Notes under the pieces: model-generated
Told to the model about the DNA's origin: nothing
Seen by the model: only the letters and a program-made list of their open reading frames with translations
The model's database searches: none
Position numbers and translations under genes: made by a program
Shown: positions 29,101 to 41,048 of the stretch, in pieces
Position numbering within the stretch: position 1 is the first letter of the stretch
Layout: the number at the start of each line of letters is the position of its first letter
IMG/VR virus record: IMGVR_UViG_3300018915_000003
Direction: 5' to 3' (one strand)
Source: an uncultured virus (IMG/VR IMGVR_UViG_3300018915_000003)
Taxonomy: Duplodnaviria > Heunggongvirae > Uroviricota > Caudoviricetes
DNA: 64,000 bases

Positions 29101-32100
29101 GCAAACCTGTTGGTGAATCCATCCTCTTTGTCTATGGAGTTTGACCATCTCCAGGGGCCTCTGATGTAACATGTGTTGTATGGGTCATCGTTCTCTCTGT
29201 CAATCTTGTCCTTGATTACGACTCCAGACGGATGCAGGCTGGGATACCTGAAGAAGACATCATTCTCAGGGTCGACGTCCCACTCAGCTGTTGAGCGTTC
29301 GGCCAAGTCATCGGCTACTGAAGACCACTCAGTCAACTCCTCATCTATCTGGGCAATGAAGTTCTCGACTCTATTACCCGGTCTTATGATGCCCCTAGTC
29401 GTGAACTTTGTCTCTCTGGGGCCGCCGAAGGGCAGGTGATCTGTGCCCGTGACCAGATTGTCGAATAGCTTCCACGCTATCATGTCCGGGTCTCTGCTGT
29501 CAGGCTCTGGACTGTCGAATTTGATTCTCTTTGCAGTGCGGTTCATGGAGGTGAGCCTCTCATTGAACCTGATCTTTGTGCCGTATGCAGTGAACTCGTA
29601 GACTAGGTTGTTGGTGTCCTCTCTGATTCCATCGAGATGTTTGACGTATCCGAGGAATAGATTATGGTCGCCGTCTCCAAGCTCCGACTGAGTCTTTGCG
29701 GCCTGGACGGCTATGACATTGCCCTCGCCCACCTGTGATGTGTCAATGATGTGAGCAGAGTCTTCTATAGCAAAGTGGCACTCAGGTGCACTACCAGCAT
29801 CGTGGTCTACGGTGCAGGCATTGATTCCTATCGTAGAATCCTCATGGTCGAATGAGTTGAACATATGATAAACCTCATCCATCCTGGGGGACATGATATA
29901 AACACGAAGACCATAGCCCTGCTCATAGCGTCTCAGGTTGAGAGTGGGGTCTTCGCCGACATTGTAGAGAGCTGTGAGCTCCTTATCAACAAATTGCCTG
30001 ATGTGGTATTTTGCTATCAAATCCTTGTCCACGAAGCCGACAATTGGAGAGAACATTTTATAGGGTGCAATGAGTTCCTTCTCCACGAAGTTGAGTATGT
30101 GGTAGGGTGCAATGAGTTCCTTCTCCACATAGCCAAGTATGTCATACTCATGCTCAATTGGGTCTGATGTGACCCTGCCACCCATCGAATATAATGCAAG
30201 AAGGTCTTTCTGTACGAACATTCTGATATGATATTTTGCCACTAGTTCTTTCTCTACTAATGTGGTGGTCGAAGTGTCGCCCACGGCCAGGGTGAGGAAT
30301 TTGACGTTAGCATTTGCTGGGTCGACCGTGGTATGGTTTAGGGTGAAACCCGTTGCACCTATGCCCGTGATGTCAGCGCTCCGCAATAAGGCAGAGTTTG
30401 CACCTATGGCGTCTGGCGTCCTAATTTGTAGCACAGAGGCAAGGTCGCTTGCTCTGGCGGTGATGGTGGGAGTGACTGCGTGTTGTTCACCCATGAAGGT
30501 GACGTTCCTGACAGTGGTTGATTGAGCTGCCCCTATGGATAATCTCCAGTGAGTAGCAGAAGCAGAGCGAGGCTCGGCAGTCGTTGTTAATGGAATGGTG
30601 TTGCCGTTGTTGGCTGAAAAGAACATGAGCCCTTTTGGTGTGAACTCGAAACCGGGCTTGCCAGTGGTTACGGACTGCGTGCCTATAGCAGTAGGAAATT
30701 CAGACGCTCTGATGTCCCAGTTGCTGCCTTTGATAGCAAGATAGAACAGTGGAACACTTACCCCGCCGAGAGCTGTGCTAATGGTGTGCCATTTGATACC
30801 GAAACCATTACCGCCTGTGGGTGGCCCCATATATTCACCCTCAAGAGCGGGCACAGTCGGGTCGGTGGTGATGTCGAGAAGTGATACCGCCCTGTTGAGG
30901 CTTATTCTGCGTCCTACGCTTGAGCTGTTAACAACACCGCTACGGGATGCGTTTGAGATACAAGCCTGTTGAGCCTGTGATGTTGCGAAGCCCATGGCGA
31001 GTCTAGCGCCTGCGACGTGTGTGTTCAATGTCGCCCCCGCGCCAGTCGTTGCAAAGAGTACGACGTCAGGCACGAATGAGAGACCGCCGTATTTGGTATC
31101 GTGATAAATCACCAGTGCTTTGTGGTTGCCATTGTCCCAGTGGATGCTGTTCCACCACACTGCTATACCATCAGGCCCGTCGGCTCCGGTGTTTGAGGAG
31201 ATCTTGTCTATGACCCATTTCAAATTGGTCATTATGTCGCTGCCTGGGTAGGGTTCGCGAGAGAGTGATACCTGATAACTGGTTCCCTCAATAGTGGGGT
31301 TAGAGTTTTTGATACGTGTGATTCTACCTCTGACCCAGTTGTCCATTAGCGTGCCGGTAGCATCATCATCCGTCATTCGTTGTCCTTGTAAGTGATACCA
31401 ATGTACCTGAGCCGCTATTCCGTCAATCCATGTGTTGTTATTTGACTGGTCGTATTCAGGGGCAGCATGCAATTTTAATCCAGCCGCATCACAATATGCT
31501 CTGGCCTGAACGAAAGCACCTACGGGGTCATCAAGTTCTGCGTCGGGGCTCGGGCCAAGTCCAGTAGCACCTTCCAAGTCATAAACCATGAAAGCCCAGC
31601 CTTGTGCTTGAGCTATGGGGATATTGGCCTGCATGTCGGCGAGTGAGAAGACTTCTATTCCTTTGTTAGAGTTCGGCACTTTGGTGACTGCGTTCATTGC
31701 ATCGATGTAGGTCTGGCTCGGTGTCGCACCTACTCCACAGTGAAATATCAGGTGGTCTTTTGCACTGAGTACCTCGATAGCTGCATCACGCTGTACTGCT
31801 GCGCTTCTGGTTGTAAGGAAGTTGTAGCGGGTGATGTCTCCAGTCTTGTCTACCTGTGTAGTACCTACTGCTTCAGGGTCAGACGGAGCGTTTATGGTGC
31901 CCACTTTGGCGAGTTTGATATCATCCCCGCCTATAGCCTGATAGTAAATTCTGTATACCGCCGTGCTGGTATTGGTGACATAGGTGTGTGTCCAGCCGTC
32001 GGCAGTGTAGTTTTTGAATTGAATCTGGAGGGTATCCGTACCTGAACCGTTAGCAAATCCCTTAACGATGAGGTTGTCATAATCGGCTCTTCTGGTCGTA

Positions 32101-32334
32101 GACGTTGCAGCATTGTCACCCACAGACCAGGCGATACATCTTTGACGGCCGTTCATATCCACGAAGCCGTAGGATGATCGGATGTTGTCAGCGATGTTGT
32201 TGGACGTTACAGTCCAAAAGATGAGTATCTTGGGTGTGAAACCGATACCGGAGATTGTTTCCTCTAATAGGGGGGTTGTTGTATCTGCAGACTTGTCGAA
32301 GTAACCTGTTTTAACTAGAACTGGAAAGTGACAT
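26109..32334 (-). CDS. giant tail-tip/hub protein with embedded TIM-barrel glycoside-hydrolase-like, Spherulin-4 and FN3-like domains
   Basis: Immediately follows the tape measure. Internal Sph4 motif (GPG...LLGYIDT...YGIVFDN), PRSGTF...IMYTRNGTIP domain and VEKELIAPY tandem repeats. The frame stays open to 32333; the likely ATG (32334) is one base out of frame. Confidence 0.75.
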
Positions 32335-32351
32335 CAGACTCCTCTATATTA

Positions 32352-35300
32352 TTATGTTATAGTCGAGATGCCCCTCAATCCCTTCTTCTGAATCAGCTTG
32401 CCTATTTGGTACCCGTCCAACACTACATCGCCTTTAACCTCGACCGGCCTATTGAGGAGTATTCGGATCAACTGCTGAATTGCTGCTGGTATGCCGTTGT
32501 TTCCTCCGCCGCCTCCACCGCCTCCGCCTGCCCTGGTTGTAGTGACCTGTCTGGTCTCTCTTCTGTATTCTCTTTCTATTGCTCCTCTGTTGCGAGTTGC
32601 GCGTCTGTTGATAGGGCTAACATTGACGTATTCGGGGTTGTTACCTTCTCCTACAGTGAAAGTGGTCGGCCTGGTTACGAAGCCTTCGAACCCAGTCCTG
32701 AGTCTGAAGTTGTTCCTGAGCACACCCCTTCTCACAGTTCCAGCTCTCCTGGGTCTACTGCGTGTGTTGCTTCTTCTCCTAGGTGAGTGGCTGGGGCTCC
32801 TGACTCTGCCCTTCCTTGTGCGTCCCTTGCTACCGCCGCTCGTGCCGCCTCCTCCTCCTCCGCTGTCCTTCTTCTTTGTTATTTTCATCGTTACATTTGG
32901 CCCACCTGTTCGTACAGTACCCCTTCCAATAGATGGGACTGTGGTGCCATCGGCATAGTATGTCCGACCATTAGCATAACGTACGACAGTCCTGCCCCTC
33001 TTGTCGGTTCTGATACGCATACCATCGGGGTATGTGATGATGTGCTCACCTGCTCCCCAGACGTCATACTCTTCATCCTCGATTCTCTCGACTTCGAAAC
33101 CTTTCTCTCGAAGCTTTCTATCGGTTTCCTGTTGGTTCAGTCTCTGACGTTCCTTGGCCAAGGCTTCTCTCATACTACGCCCTGCCTCTACAGCAGACCA
33201 ATGAGCCTCAAACCTGCGTTTGATTTCATCTTGCCACCACTTGTCTGCACCCGCACGTGTTCTTTCGGCTGCCTCTGCGTGGTGGGCGTATCGTCCTTGC
33301 ATGGGTGTTGCCATGCTTGCGCTTGTTCTCGGAACTAGAGTATTGAAGTATGCTGCAATGTCTGGTGGTGGTTTCTTGCCTTCCCACGGCATTTTCGCGA
33401 CGCCGACCTGCCTCTCAATTCTTTCCATCCCACTGACTGCTGTCTCATAGGCTCTGCGACGTGCATCTCTCTCTAACTCTGCACGCTTCTTCCGCATCTC
33501 TCCCTCGATATCGATAGGCTTGGAGCCCTTCTTCTTGGACTTCTTCTTCTTGCTCTTCTTCGGGCCACGGTTGCCACTGCCTTTGGGTCTTGTCCTGCTT
33601 CTTGGTCTGCTGGTGCGTCTAGATCCTGCTGTTCTTGCTGGACTATGAGCTGACATATCTGCGTCAATCTCCATCTCTGGAGTCCTGGCCGCTGTGCTAC
33701 CTGGGCCGTATAGGCTGATGCTTCCACTGCCCAACTTGGTGATGATGTCGATTGCGCTGAGATGTTTGACTATGTTCTTGGACATTTGCTTCACTGCATT
33801 GCTTACCAGTCTCGAATACATCTCCCAAGAACGACCTGCATCGTTGAGTGTGCTCTCTGTTGTCTCACTGAACTGAGTCATCACACCATTGTTTGTCTGT
33901 GTCACCTGTCTGGTGCTGGTTGCAGTGTTTGTCCTTGTGACGCTGTTGTCCCTTGTCTGGGTTACATTGCTAGACCTGCTCTGTGTGTTGCCACCCCTAG
34001 AGATGACCACAATATTGCCGCCCCCGCCTGCTGCGCCTTTGCGCGCATTGGTGTTGAGCTTGACATTTCCTCCGAGTCCACCAGTTCCAGCTTTCTCAGA
34101 AGGTTGTCCCCCGCCGAAAAATCCAGTGGCAGCGGCGTAATTCTGCGCCATTCTACTAGCTGCCTCGGAGTTTATACTCTTGGAGCTATTGAGAGGCTCT
34201 ACTATTACGAGCTCAGGCTGATGATTCTCACCAACTAAGAAACGAGTTGGTTGAGTTACTATACCTTCAAACCCGTGCTGTCTTCCACCTACTGCTGGAG
34301 TTCCTGAGCTGGTGTAGTTGGTGTGGATTGTGATGGTCTTGTTCTGTAGCCTGTTAATCGCCTCTCTCATGTCATCGACCTTGCCTATTGTGGCTGTTGC
34401 GTCCCTCTGCATTGCGTCGAGGTTGTTGTGCCACACACCCGCCATTCCTCGCACGTGATCCTCAATCCTGTCTGCTGCATCGCCTATCCTGTCCCTCATG
34501 CGCTCAAAGTGCGCACCCATGTTCTCGGTATCGGCCTTAATACCCTGTTCTATCTGTGAGGCGTGGGTATCATAATCATCGAGATGTCCCTTGATTATGT
34601 TAACAGAAGAAAGTAGGGATGAGCCGTGGGTGACCCAGAGAGCAGATGTGTTGGTCGTCTTGGTATTGAGATTATTATACAGAGTGTCCATATATCCCTC
34701 GTATGTTCTGAAGTGACCGTTGAGGATGTTAATCGATGCCAGTATCGATTGACCGTGGGTGACGTAAAGCGTAGATAGGTTGGTGGTCTTACCATCGAGG
34801 TTACCATAGAGAGTGTCTAAATGTGCAAGGTAGGTTGCAAAGTATCCATTGATCACGTTGATGTTGGCGAGGACTGACTGACCATGAGTAACCCAGAGAG
34901 TTGATAGGTTGGTCGTCTTGGTATTGAGATTATTGTATAGGGTGTCCATGGCTGTGTTGAATGCCGTATGCATCGGGGTAAAGTCCATCATGCCCATGCC
35001 TGTCGACATTCCAGCCATCCATGTGGTGATTGTGGTGCCCAGAGCTCCGAGTGAGGGCATTATCCCGCTTGTCGCTTCTGTGTTCCATGCTGTGTTAAAC
35101 GGTGTAAAGTTAAACATGCCAAGACCTGTCGACATGCCGTTCATCCATCCCTGTATATTGGTGTCAAGTGTTCCCAGACCTGCCATGATGGTCGGCATTG
35201 AGTTGGTAAGACTGGTTGCTATTACACCAAAGTTGATGCCAGCCAACCCATATTCTCCGTTAATGTAATCCCTAGTCTCGGTAAATGTCGCGCCTAGAGC

Positions 35301-38300
35301 CTGCATGGCTGCGATAATGTTGGGAGTTGCTTGGCTTAGCATGTAAGGAACGATTCCAAAGTTGATGCCAGATAAGCCGAGTTGTCCATTGGCGAAGTCC
35401 CTCAGTTGTGTAAATGCGCCGCCGACTGATGTGAGTGCGGTTCTAACTGGTTCTTGTTGTTCCACTAGCCTATCGTATATGAGTCGATAGTTTATGCTGC
35501 CTAATCCTTGAGGGCCGTTGATGAAGGCAATCAGTTCTTTAAATCCGACCTCAAGCTCCATGATGGCCTGCTCGACTAGCGGAACCTGTTGCTCTATACC
35601 CGTCTTTACTCCGCCGACCTCATCTACAACGCCCTGCTGTCCTACGTTTGCGGCATGCTTGGCCTCATCGAACCCGGTAGCAGTACCAGATTTCAGCAAG
35701 TCCATCGCGTTCGGGACATCGTGTTGGAACTTTGTCTCCATGTCCTTTGACCACTTGCCTTGGAACATCAACAGCTCTCTGTATTCCAAGATTGCAGCGT
35801 CGACCATTGCTCGGGTTGGGTCTACGATGTTAGTGTCGTAAATGTCGGAGATACCGTCGGAGTCAGTATCGATGTCCTTTATCGTCTGTGCAAGTGCGGG
35901 GTCTATCTGTTCGATTGCTGCTATCATGGCATTGGCCTGCTCCTCCATTGTAGGGCCAGCTGTTGACATCATACCACGGATTGCTTCCTCTACTTCTGGG
36001 TGCTTCTCTCCCAACGAGCTAAGCATTCCATCGAGACCCTTCTGCCAGTTCGCTGTGACTTCGGCACCGCTATCTCCGTGCATTAGACCCTTTAGGTCTT
36101 CAATCAATGGTTCGGCTATGCCAGTTCTGATGGCATCCTTTGCGTCTGCTCCCACCTGTGTGACACCGTTGAGCAGTACTGGGGTTAATCTCTCTATTTG
36201 ACCCGGAAGTGCACCTGCCAGATAGTCAATAGAACCTGCGAACTGTTCAGGCAATCCATTCTCTGCCCAGTCGATAAGTGGATACATTGACTCCTCGGCC
36301 ATCTGTTCTGTTATGAGCCCGTTGGATAATGCAAGCTCAACGTCGCCCCTGAGTTTGGTGATTATGTCATCAAAGTTTAAGCTGTCATCAAGTGTCCAAG
36401 CGATAAGCTCCTGCGGGAACAACTCCTTCATGAACTGCTCCGTGAATCCGAAACCTGCTTTGAATTTGGTCTTGAAGTCATCACCATGTCTCTCTACTTC
36501 AGCACCCATCTCATCAAACATGCTGTTAGCCTGAGAGTTCATGTGGCTGTTCCACTCACTCATCTTCTGTGTTATGTCATCAAGATTTTGCCCCCACTTC
36601 TCGGCGAAGGCTTGAGATGCTTCCTCTGCCTTCTCTGCGACCGACATCTGTTTTTCGTTCAGGTTATCGGCGTCAGCGAGCCATGCGATGATGTCCTCGT
36701 GTGACATCTTGAACGACTCATGCATGTCCAAGCCGTATGTCTCGGCTAAGTCTCTGACTGTGTCCTCGTTTGTATCCATCGCTGAGGACATATCCTGCAA
36801 CTTCTCTATCATGCGCTGGCCTTCGGCGTTAGCTCCAAGAGTTGAGTCTGTGTAGATTCCCCACGAGTATGCAACCTTCTGTATCTGAGGATTGAGATCC
36901 ATCATGGTGTTCAGATGGTCGGCGTGCTGGTCTCTGGTGACACCTGTTATGTCGTTGCTCTCTGCCAGTCGTTGCATCATGAAGCGAATTTGCTCCTCGG
37001 TCTGGCCGAAACTCTTACCGACTCCGCCTGTGGCTGCTTCAAGTTCTGCCATTGAACTAACAGAAGCGACAGTCGTTCTGTCGAGCTCCGCCTGCACGTC
37101 TATCATCCATCTGCCTTGCTCCGTGAGCCCTTGCCCCGTGAGTATGACCCGCGTCATTGCTTCATCAGTTAAACCGTATTGTCTGAGTGCTGCCTTGGAT
37201 GACTCAGAGAGCTGGCTCCAAGTAGCGGCCGCCTCCTTGTTCATGCCTATCTCTTCCTCCAACGCGATTGTAGCGGAGTATATTGCGGGTACGGCATTGT
37301 CGAAGGCAGTTTGTTGTGCTGCGGTAGCCCGAGCCGCCCCTTCCGCTAGTGGGATATACTTGAAGATTCCGACCATGTTATTCTCGAGTGCGTCGGTGTT
37401 GATACCGATGGCCTCTGCCCTCTCAATAAGCGAGTGGACTTCCTCGACAGCTGTATTGGCATATGCCCATCTTCCCTTCGCGACAGCATCGAGCCTGACT
37501 TCTTCCATGTCCAACGCTCCCACTACACCCCATACGTTATCGATAACTCTCTGACTCGCCTCTGCGGTGCCCTGCGACTCAAGGCCGACACCCTTCATTA
37601 TTTCAGCAACACGGGCGGAGACGGCAATCTGTCTCTCCTTTGCTGCAATTTCGGCCTCAGCTACCTGTGTGTTGTCTTCTGTAACCTGCATGAGAATGCC
37701 CTTAGCATCAATCTCTGCTTGTAGTGTATCGATGTATGCCAGTCTTGCAGCTTCCTCATCGGAGACATCCTGTATCATCTGGACGTGGGCTTCGCCTAGC
37801 GTTAACGTTCCAGCAATGACCTGATTCATTACTTCCTCGCTGAGTCCCATTGTCTCGAGTTGGTCTCGGCCAGCATCGGACAACTCAGTCCACGACTGAC
37901 CAGCTGCATCAGAGGCGTCCTTTAACGACCTTGTCTCAGAGATGTGGATTGACATTGCAGCGATACTCTCTTTTGTTTTGTCACCCACGTAGCCGAGAGC
38001 TGTTGCCTGTTGTACGATTGAGCCATGTGTCTCCGCTAGTCTGTTATTGTATTCCTTGAGTCCATCGGCATATCCCTGCTGTATGACAGCGGTCTCGTTG
38101 TAAGCATCACCTTGTAAACGTAAAATCTCGGCAGTCTTGATATTGACAGCCAGACCGGATAGAGCCTCTTCCTTGTATCCCCTCGATGCCTCGGTGGATT
38201 GTCTTATGATGTCCTGTTGCAACTTGTGGGCTCGTGTCAATTCGGCCACCTGTGTGACGTTCTCTGTAGTAGCGGTTACGCTAAGACCCAATTCATCGAT

Positions 38301-40955
38301 TTCCTTCTGCAAGGCTTCGACGTATTCATCCGTGGCAGCCTTCTCCATCTCTTTGGCGTCTGTGCTAATTCCATGTGCCGCCGCATACTGTACTAGAGCA
38401 TCGCCTTCCAAGGTTACGGCGTGGGCTGCCTCTTGATGTTTCTCCTGTGAGATAAGTTGCGTCGCTACGTGTTCCCTCAGTTTATCGGTTGCTCCAGTGG
38501 TGTTCTCTATCTCATTACCATAAGCCTCTGCAAGCGCAGCCTTAGACCTGGCCGTCTCCCAACCTGCCTGCGCATTTATTTGTGAGAGGTCGACTTCGAC
38601 ACCCATCTGTTGAAGCAAGGGCCCAAGCGTGGAGCCTACTTTGAAATATCCCTCACGCAGGTCATCGATTGCGGTAGTCACCTCTGTACCCGCCTCCGCA
38701 TTCATCCTCAATGCGTCTGCGTTAGCCTGGAGTTGCTGCTCACTCAATCCTAGAGCTGCTGCCGTGCCATGGACAGATTCAACAAGTTTAAAGTTTGCAT
38801 TGACTTCATCCTGTGTCGCCTTCTCTTTGTCTTTTATCGATTGTGCAGCAGCAGCGACGGCAGTCCCAGAGCTTGTCGTGACGTTGGCCAAGTCTACTTC
38901 TGTCTCTATAACGGCAAGATTGGAATCAGTAATGTCCTTGTTAGCTTGATCTAGGTCTTTGAGTGCGACTTCACTGCCATCGACTGCTATACCCATAGCC
39001 TCGGCCTTCTGTGGAACCATACCAAAAGCCATGCCTAACTCTTTGAGTCCCTCGAGCACTGGCTTCATTGCTGGGAACAGGTCGCCTATGGCCTTGCCTG
39101 CTCCTGTGATATGATCCTGTAAGCCGAACGCATTGGTGGAAACAAGAGCCATAGCTGCACCCATTCCGACCATTATCATGCCGATAGGGTGTCTGATGAA
39201 CTGTAATGCGGCTATACCTGCTCCTCTCATGGCTGCACCAAATCTCACAGCTGCGCCAGTTGCCACGTTCAGGCTGGTCGCTGAAGAGATTGCGCTTGTG
39301 CCCACCCGCTGGTTAGCAGCGGCGAGAGGTGTTGCAGATGTTGCAGCCAAATGGTTTGCGGCTGCCTGTCTCTGGGCTGCTGTGGTCGAACCCATGAGTC
39401 CTGCGACAAAGTTGCCGAATGCTCCTTTGACAGACCCTAAGCCCTTCATGATACCTCCCCACGATTGTGAGAGACCTGCAAATGCACCAATGACGTTTCC
39501 TACGACTTGGACTACCATTGGGCCGACGTTGGTGTAGAACTCTCCCCACGCCTCTGTAAGGTTGCCTTGTACAATCTCGTTTCGTTCTGTTACCAGGGCT
39601 AGTTTTTCCTGTGCAAGCCTGACCTTCTCTTCCGCCTGTGCTAACTGTTCGGCAGACACTCCAGCCTTTGTCCTTGTCTTCTCCAATGCCATCTGTGCAT
39701 TTGTGGCTGCGTATTGCGCCTTTTCGACCATGTTGGCGGATCTTGCTGCTGCTAACTCTTTTTCCTCCATGCTGTCATAGGCGTTGTAAAGTCCCCATGC
39801 TGCGGATGCGGCATTTGAAATGGAGGAACTAGCCAGACCTATCGAGGTATTGAATCCACCCTGCGCTCTCTGGGCTAGTCCTGCACTCTCTCCTGTTTGT
39901 TCCAGGTTCTCGTGATAATGAGTTAATGCGTCTCCTGCCTGTCCTGCTCCATCTGTCACTTGGGCTGTTGCTTCTTGGAATGATTGCCCCATCTGTTGAA
40001 TCGGGTCAATTGCATCTGTTGCAACAGTTGAGATGGCACCGCTGAACCCTTCGACCTCCTGAGTTGCTGACTGCATGGATGAGGTAACATCTGACTCCAT
40101 GTTTTGTACGGCGGAGATAACTTCACCTGTAGCCTCAGTTGTAGCCCCACCCATCCCTGAGACAATATCCTGATAAGTTGTAACTTCTGCTTGAACACCT
40201 GCGACTGCTCCGCCCACACCTTCTGGTAGTGTTTCAAATGCCTGTGTGCTGCCCTCAGTCGCTGCCACGGATGCGTCTACAAAGCCACCCGTTTGAGATT
40301 CAAAGGCTGCAACAGCGCCAGAGACATCCGTTGCCTGTTCGACTATATTCTGTACGTCGCCGAGTTCGCCTTCGATGTCTTTGCTGACTTGGCCCGCAGC
40401 TTCGGGCATAACCTCAAGGGCCCCCTGAAATTGATCGGCACCTTCCTCGGCGGCCTCTACCGCCACAGATACAGCGCCCTCTATCCCACCGAGTTCGCCT
40501 TCGATGTCGCCCACAACTTTACCTGCTGCTTCAGGCATGACTTCCAAAGCGCCGCCAAACTCTTCGGCTTTGTCGATTGCTGTGTCTATTGCCTGGCTAA
40601 CTCCGCCTTCTAAGTCATCAAAAGCATCAACTGTTTCACCTGCTGCATCTGCACCTGCACCTCCAAGTCCAGATAATACGTCAACAGCACCTGCGACAGA
40701 GTCGGAGACCCTGCCCATTGCTGTCTCAATCAGATCACCTAACTCTTCGGCTGCTCCGCCCGCCTCTGCGAACGCTTCAGCCATGGTGGAAGCACCTGCA
40801 CCCGCATCCTCAAAAACTGAATTAATGCCACCCATACCCTTCTCAAGCCCGCTGATGCCGCTCTCGAATTCCTCGATTTCTTGCATCGCCTCCTGCATCC
40901 CATCAGAGAATGCGGACTTGCGGATTGCTAGTTCAAACTCTACTCTGGATGACAA
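32352..40955 (-). CDS. tape measure protein (2867 aa)
   Basis: Long Ala/Gly/Glu-rich helical protein with hydrophobic segments and internal repeats; C-terminal GFEG.VT.PT.F.VGE..PE.V...P motif occurs twice; lies downstream of tail tube and chaperones. Confidence 0.92.
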   Translation of the reverse strand: MSSRVEFELAIRKSAFSDGMQEAMQEIEEFESGISGLEKGMGGINSVFEDAGAGASTMAEAFAEAGGAAEELGDLIETAMGRVSDSVAGAVDVLSGLGGAGADAAGETVDAFDDLEGGVSQAIDTAIDKAEEFGGALEVMPEAAGKVVGDIEGELGGIEGAVSVAVEAAEEGADQFQGALEVMPEAAGQVSKDIEGELGDVQNIVEQATDVSGAVAAFESQTGGFVDASVAATEGSTQAFETLPEGVGGAVAGVQAEVTTYQDIVSGMGGATTEATGEVISAVQNMESDVTSSMQSATQEVEGFSGAISTVATDAIDPIQQMGQSFQEATAQVTDGAGQAGDALTHYHENLEQTGESAGLAQRAQGGFNTSIGLASSSISNAASAAWGLYNAYDSMEEKELAAARSANMVEKAQYAATNAQMALEKTRTKAGVSAEQLAQAEEKVRLAQEKLALVTERNEIVQGNLTEAWGEFYTNVGPMVVQVVGNVIGAFAGLSQSWGGIMKGLGSVKGAFGNFVAGLMGSTTAAQRQAAANHLAATSATPLAAANQRVGTSAISSATSLNVATGAAVRFGAAMRGAGIAALQFIRHPIGMIMVGMGAAMALVSTNAFGLQDHITGAGKAIGDLFPAMKPVLEGLKELGMAFGMVPQKAEAMGIAVDGSEVALKDLDQANKDITDSNLAVIETEVDLANVTTSSGTAVAAAAQSIKDKEKATQDEVNANFKLVESVHGTAAALGLSEQQLQANADALRMNAEAGTEVTTAIDDLREGYFKVGSTLGPLLQQMGVEVDLSQINAQAGWETARSKAALAEAYGNEIENTTGATDKLREHVATQLISQEKHQEAAHAVTLEGDALVQYAAAHGISTDAKEMEKAATDEYVEALQKEIDELGLSVTATTENVTQVAELTRAHKLQQDIIRQSTEASRGYKEEALSGLAVNIKTAEILRLQGDAYNETAVIQQGYADGLKEYNNRLAETHGSIVQQATALGYVGDKTKESIAAMSIHISETRSLKDASDAAGQSWTELSDAGRDQLETMGLSEEVMNQVIAGTLTLGEAHVQMIQDVSDEEAARLAYIDTLQAEIDAKGILMQVTEDNTQVAEAEIAAKERQIAVSARVAEIMKGVGLESQGTAEASQRVIDNVWGVVGALDMEEVRLDAVAKGRWAYANTAVEEVHSLIERAEAIGINTDALENNMVGIFKYIPLAEGAARATAAQQTAFDNAVPAIYSATIALEEEIGMNKEAAATWSQLSESSKAALRQYGLTDEAMTRVILTGQGLTEQGRWMIDVQAELDRTTVASVSSMAELEAATGGVGKSFGQTEEQIRFMMQRLAESNDITGVTRDQHADHLNTMMDLNPQIQKVAYSWGIYTDSTLGANAEGQRMIEKLQDMSSAMDTNEDTVRDLAETYGLDMHESFKMSHEDIIAWLADADNLNEKQMSVAEKAEEASQAFAEKWGQNLDDITQKMSEWNSHMNSQANSMFDEMGAEVERHGDDFKTKFKAGFGFTEQFMKELFPQELIAWTLDDSLNFDDIITKLRGDVELALSNGLITEQMAEESMYPLIDWAENGLPEQFAGSIDYLAGALPGQIERLTPVLLNGVTQVGADAKDAIRTGIAEPLIEDLKGLMHGDSGAEVTANWQKGLDGMLSSLGEKHPEVEEAIRGMMSTAGPTMEEQANAMIAAIEQIDPALAQTIKDIDTDSDGISDIYDTNIVDPTRAMVDAAILEYRELLMFQGKWSKDMETKFQHDVPNAMDLLKSGTATGFDEAKHAANVGQQGVVDEVGGVKTGIEQQVPLVEQAIMELEVGFKELIAFINGPQGLGSINYRLIYDRLVEQQEPVRTALTSVGGAFTQLRDFANGQLGLSGINFGIVPYMLSQATPNIIAAMQALGATFTETRDYINGEYGLAGINFGVIATSLTNSMPTIMAGLGTLDTNIQGWMNGMSTGLGMFNFTPFNTAWNTEATSGIMPSLGALGTTITTWMAGMSTGMGMMDFTPMHTAFNTAMDTLYNNLNTKTTNLSTLWVTHGQSVLANINVINGYFATYLAHLDTLYGNLDGKTTNLSTLYVTHGQSILASINILNGHFRTYEGYMDTLYNNLNTKTTNTSALWVTHGSSLLSSVNIIKGHLDDYDTHASQIEQGIKADTENMGAHFERMRDRIGDAADRIEDHVRGMAGVWHNNLDAMQRDATATIGKVDDMREAINRLQNKTITIHTNYTSSGTPAVGGRQHGFEGIVTQPTRFLVGENHQPELVIVEPLNSSKSINSEAASRMAQNYAAATGFFGGGQPSEKAGTGGLGGNVKLNTNARKGAAGGGGNIVVISRGGNTQSRSSNVTQTRDNSVTRTNTATSTRQVTQTNNGVMTQFSETTESTLNDAGRSWEMYSRLVSNAVKQMSKNIVKHLSAIDIITKLGSGSISLYGPGSTAARTPEMEIDADMSAHSPARTAGSRRTSRPRSRTRPKGSGNRGPKKSKKKKSKKKGSKPIDIEGEMRKKRAELERDARRRAYETAVSGMERIERQVGVAKMPWEGKKPPPDIAAYFNTLVPRTSASMATPMQGRYAHHAEAAERTRAGADKWWQDEIKRRFEAHWSAVEAGRSMREALAKERQRLNQQETDRKLREKGFEVERIEDEEYDVWGAGEHIITYPDGMRIRTDKRGRTVVRYANGRTYYADGTTVPSIGRGTVRTGGPNVTMKITKKKDSGGGGGGTSGGSKGRTRKGRVRSPSHSPRRRSNTRSRPRRAGTVRRGVLRNNFRLRTGFEGFVTRPTTFTVGEGNNPEYVNVSPINRRATRNRGAIEREYRRETRQVTTTRAGGGGGGGGGNNGIPAAIQQLIRILLNRPVEVKGDVVLDGYQIGKLIQKKGLRGISTIT

Positions 40956-41048
40956 ATTTAACTATAACGATAAACTTAGGGAAGTTAGACATATCATAAC
41001 TAATGCAATGTTTATCTGGTACATCAACCAACAGGATACCTAATAAGA

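Noticed and set aside
14239..41043. Many plus-strand ORFs overlapping the large minus-strand tail genes
   Set aside because: Antisense shadows of long genes with biased codon use; no independent motifs.
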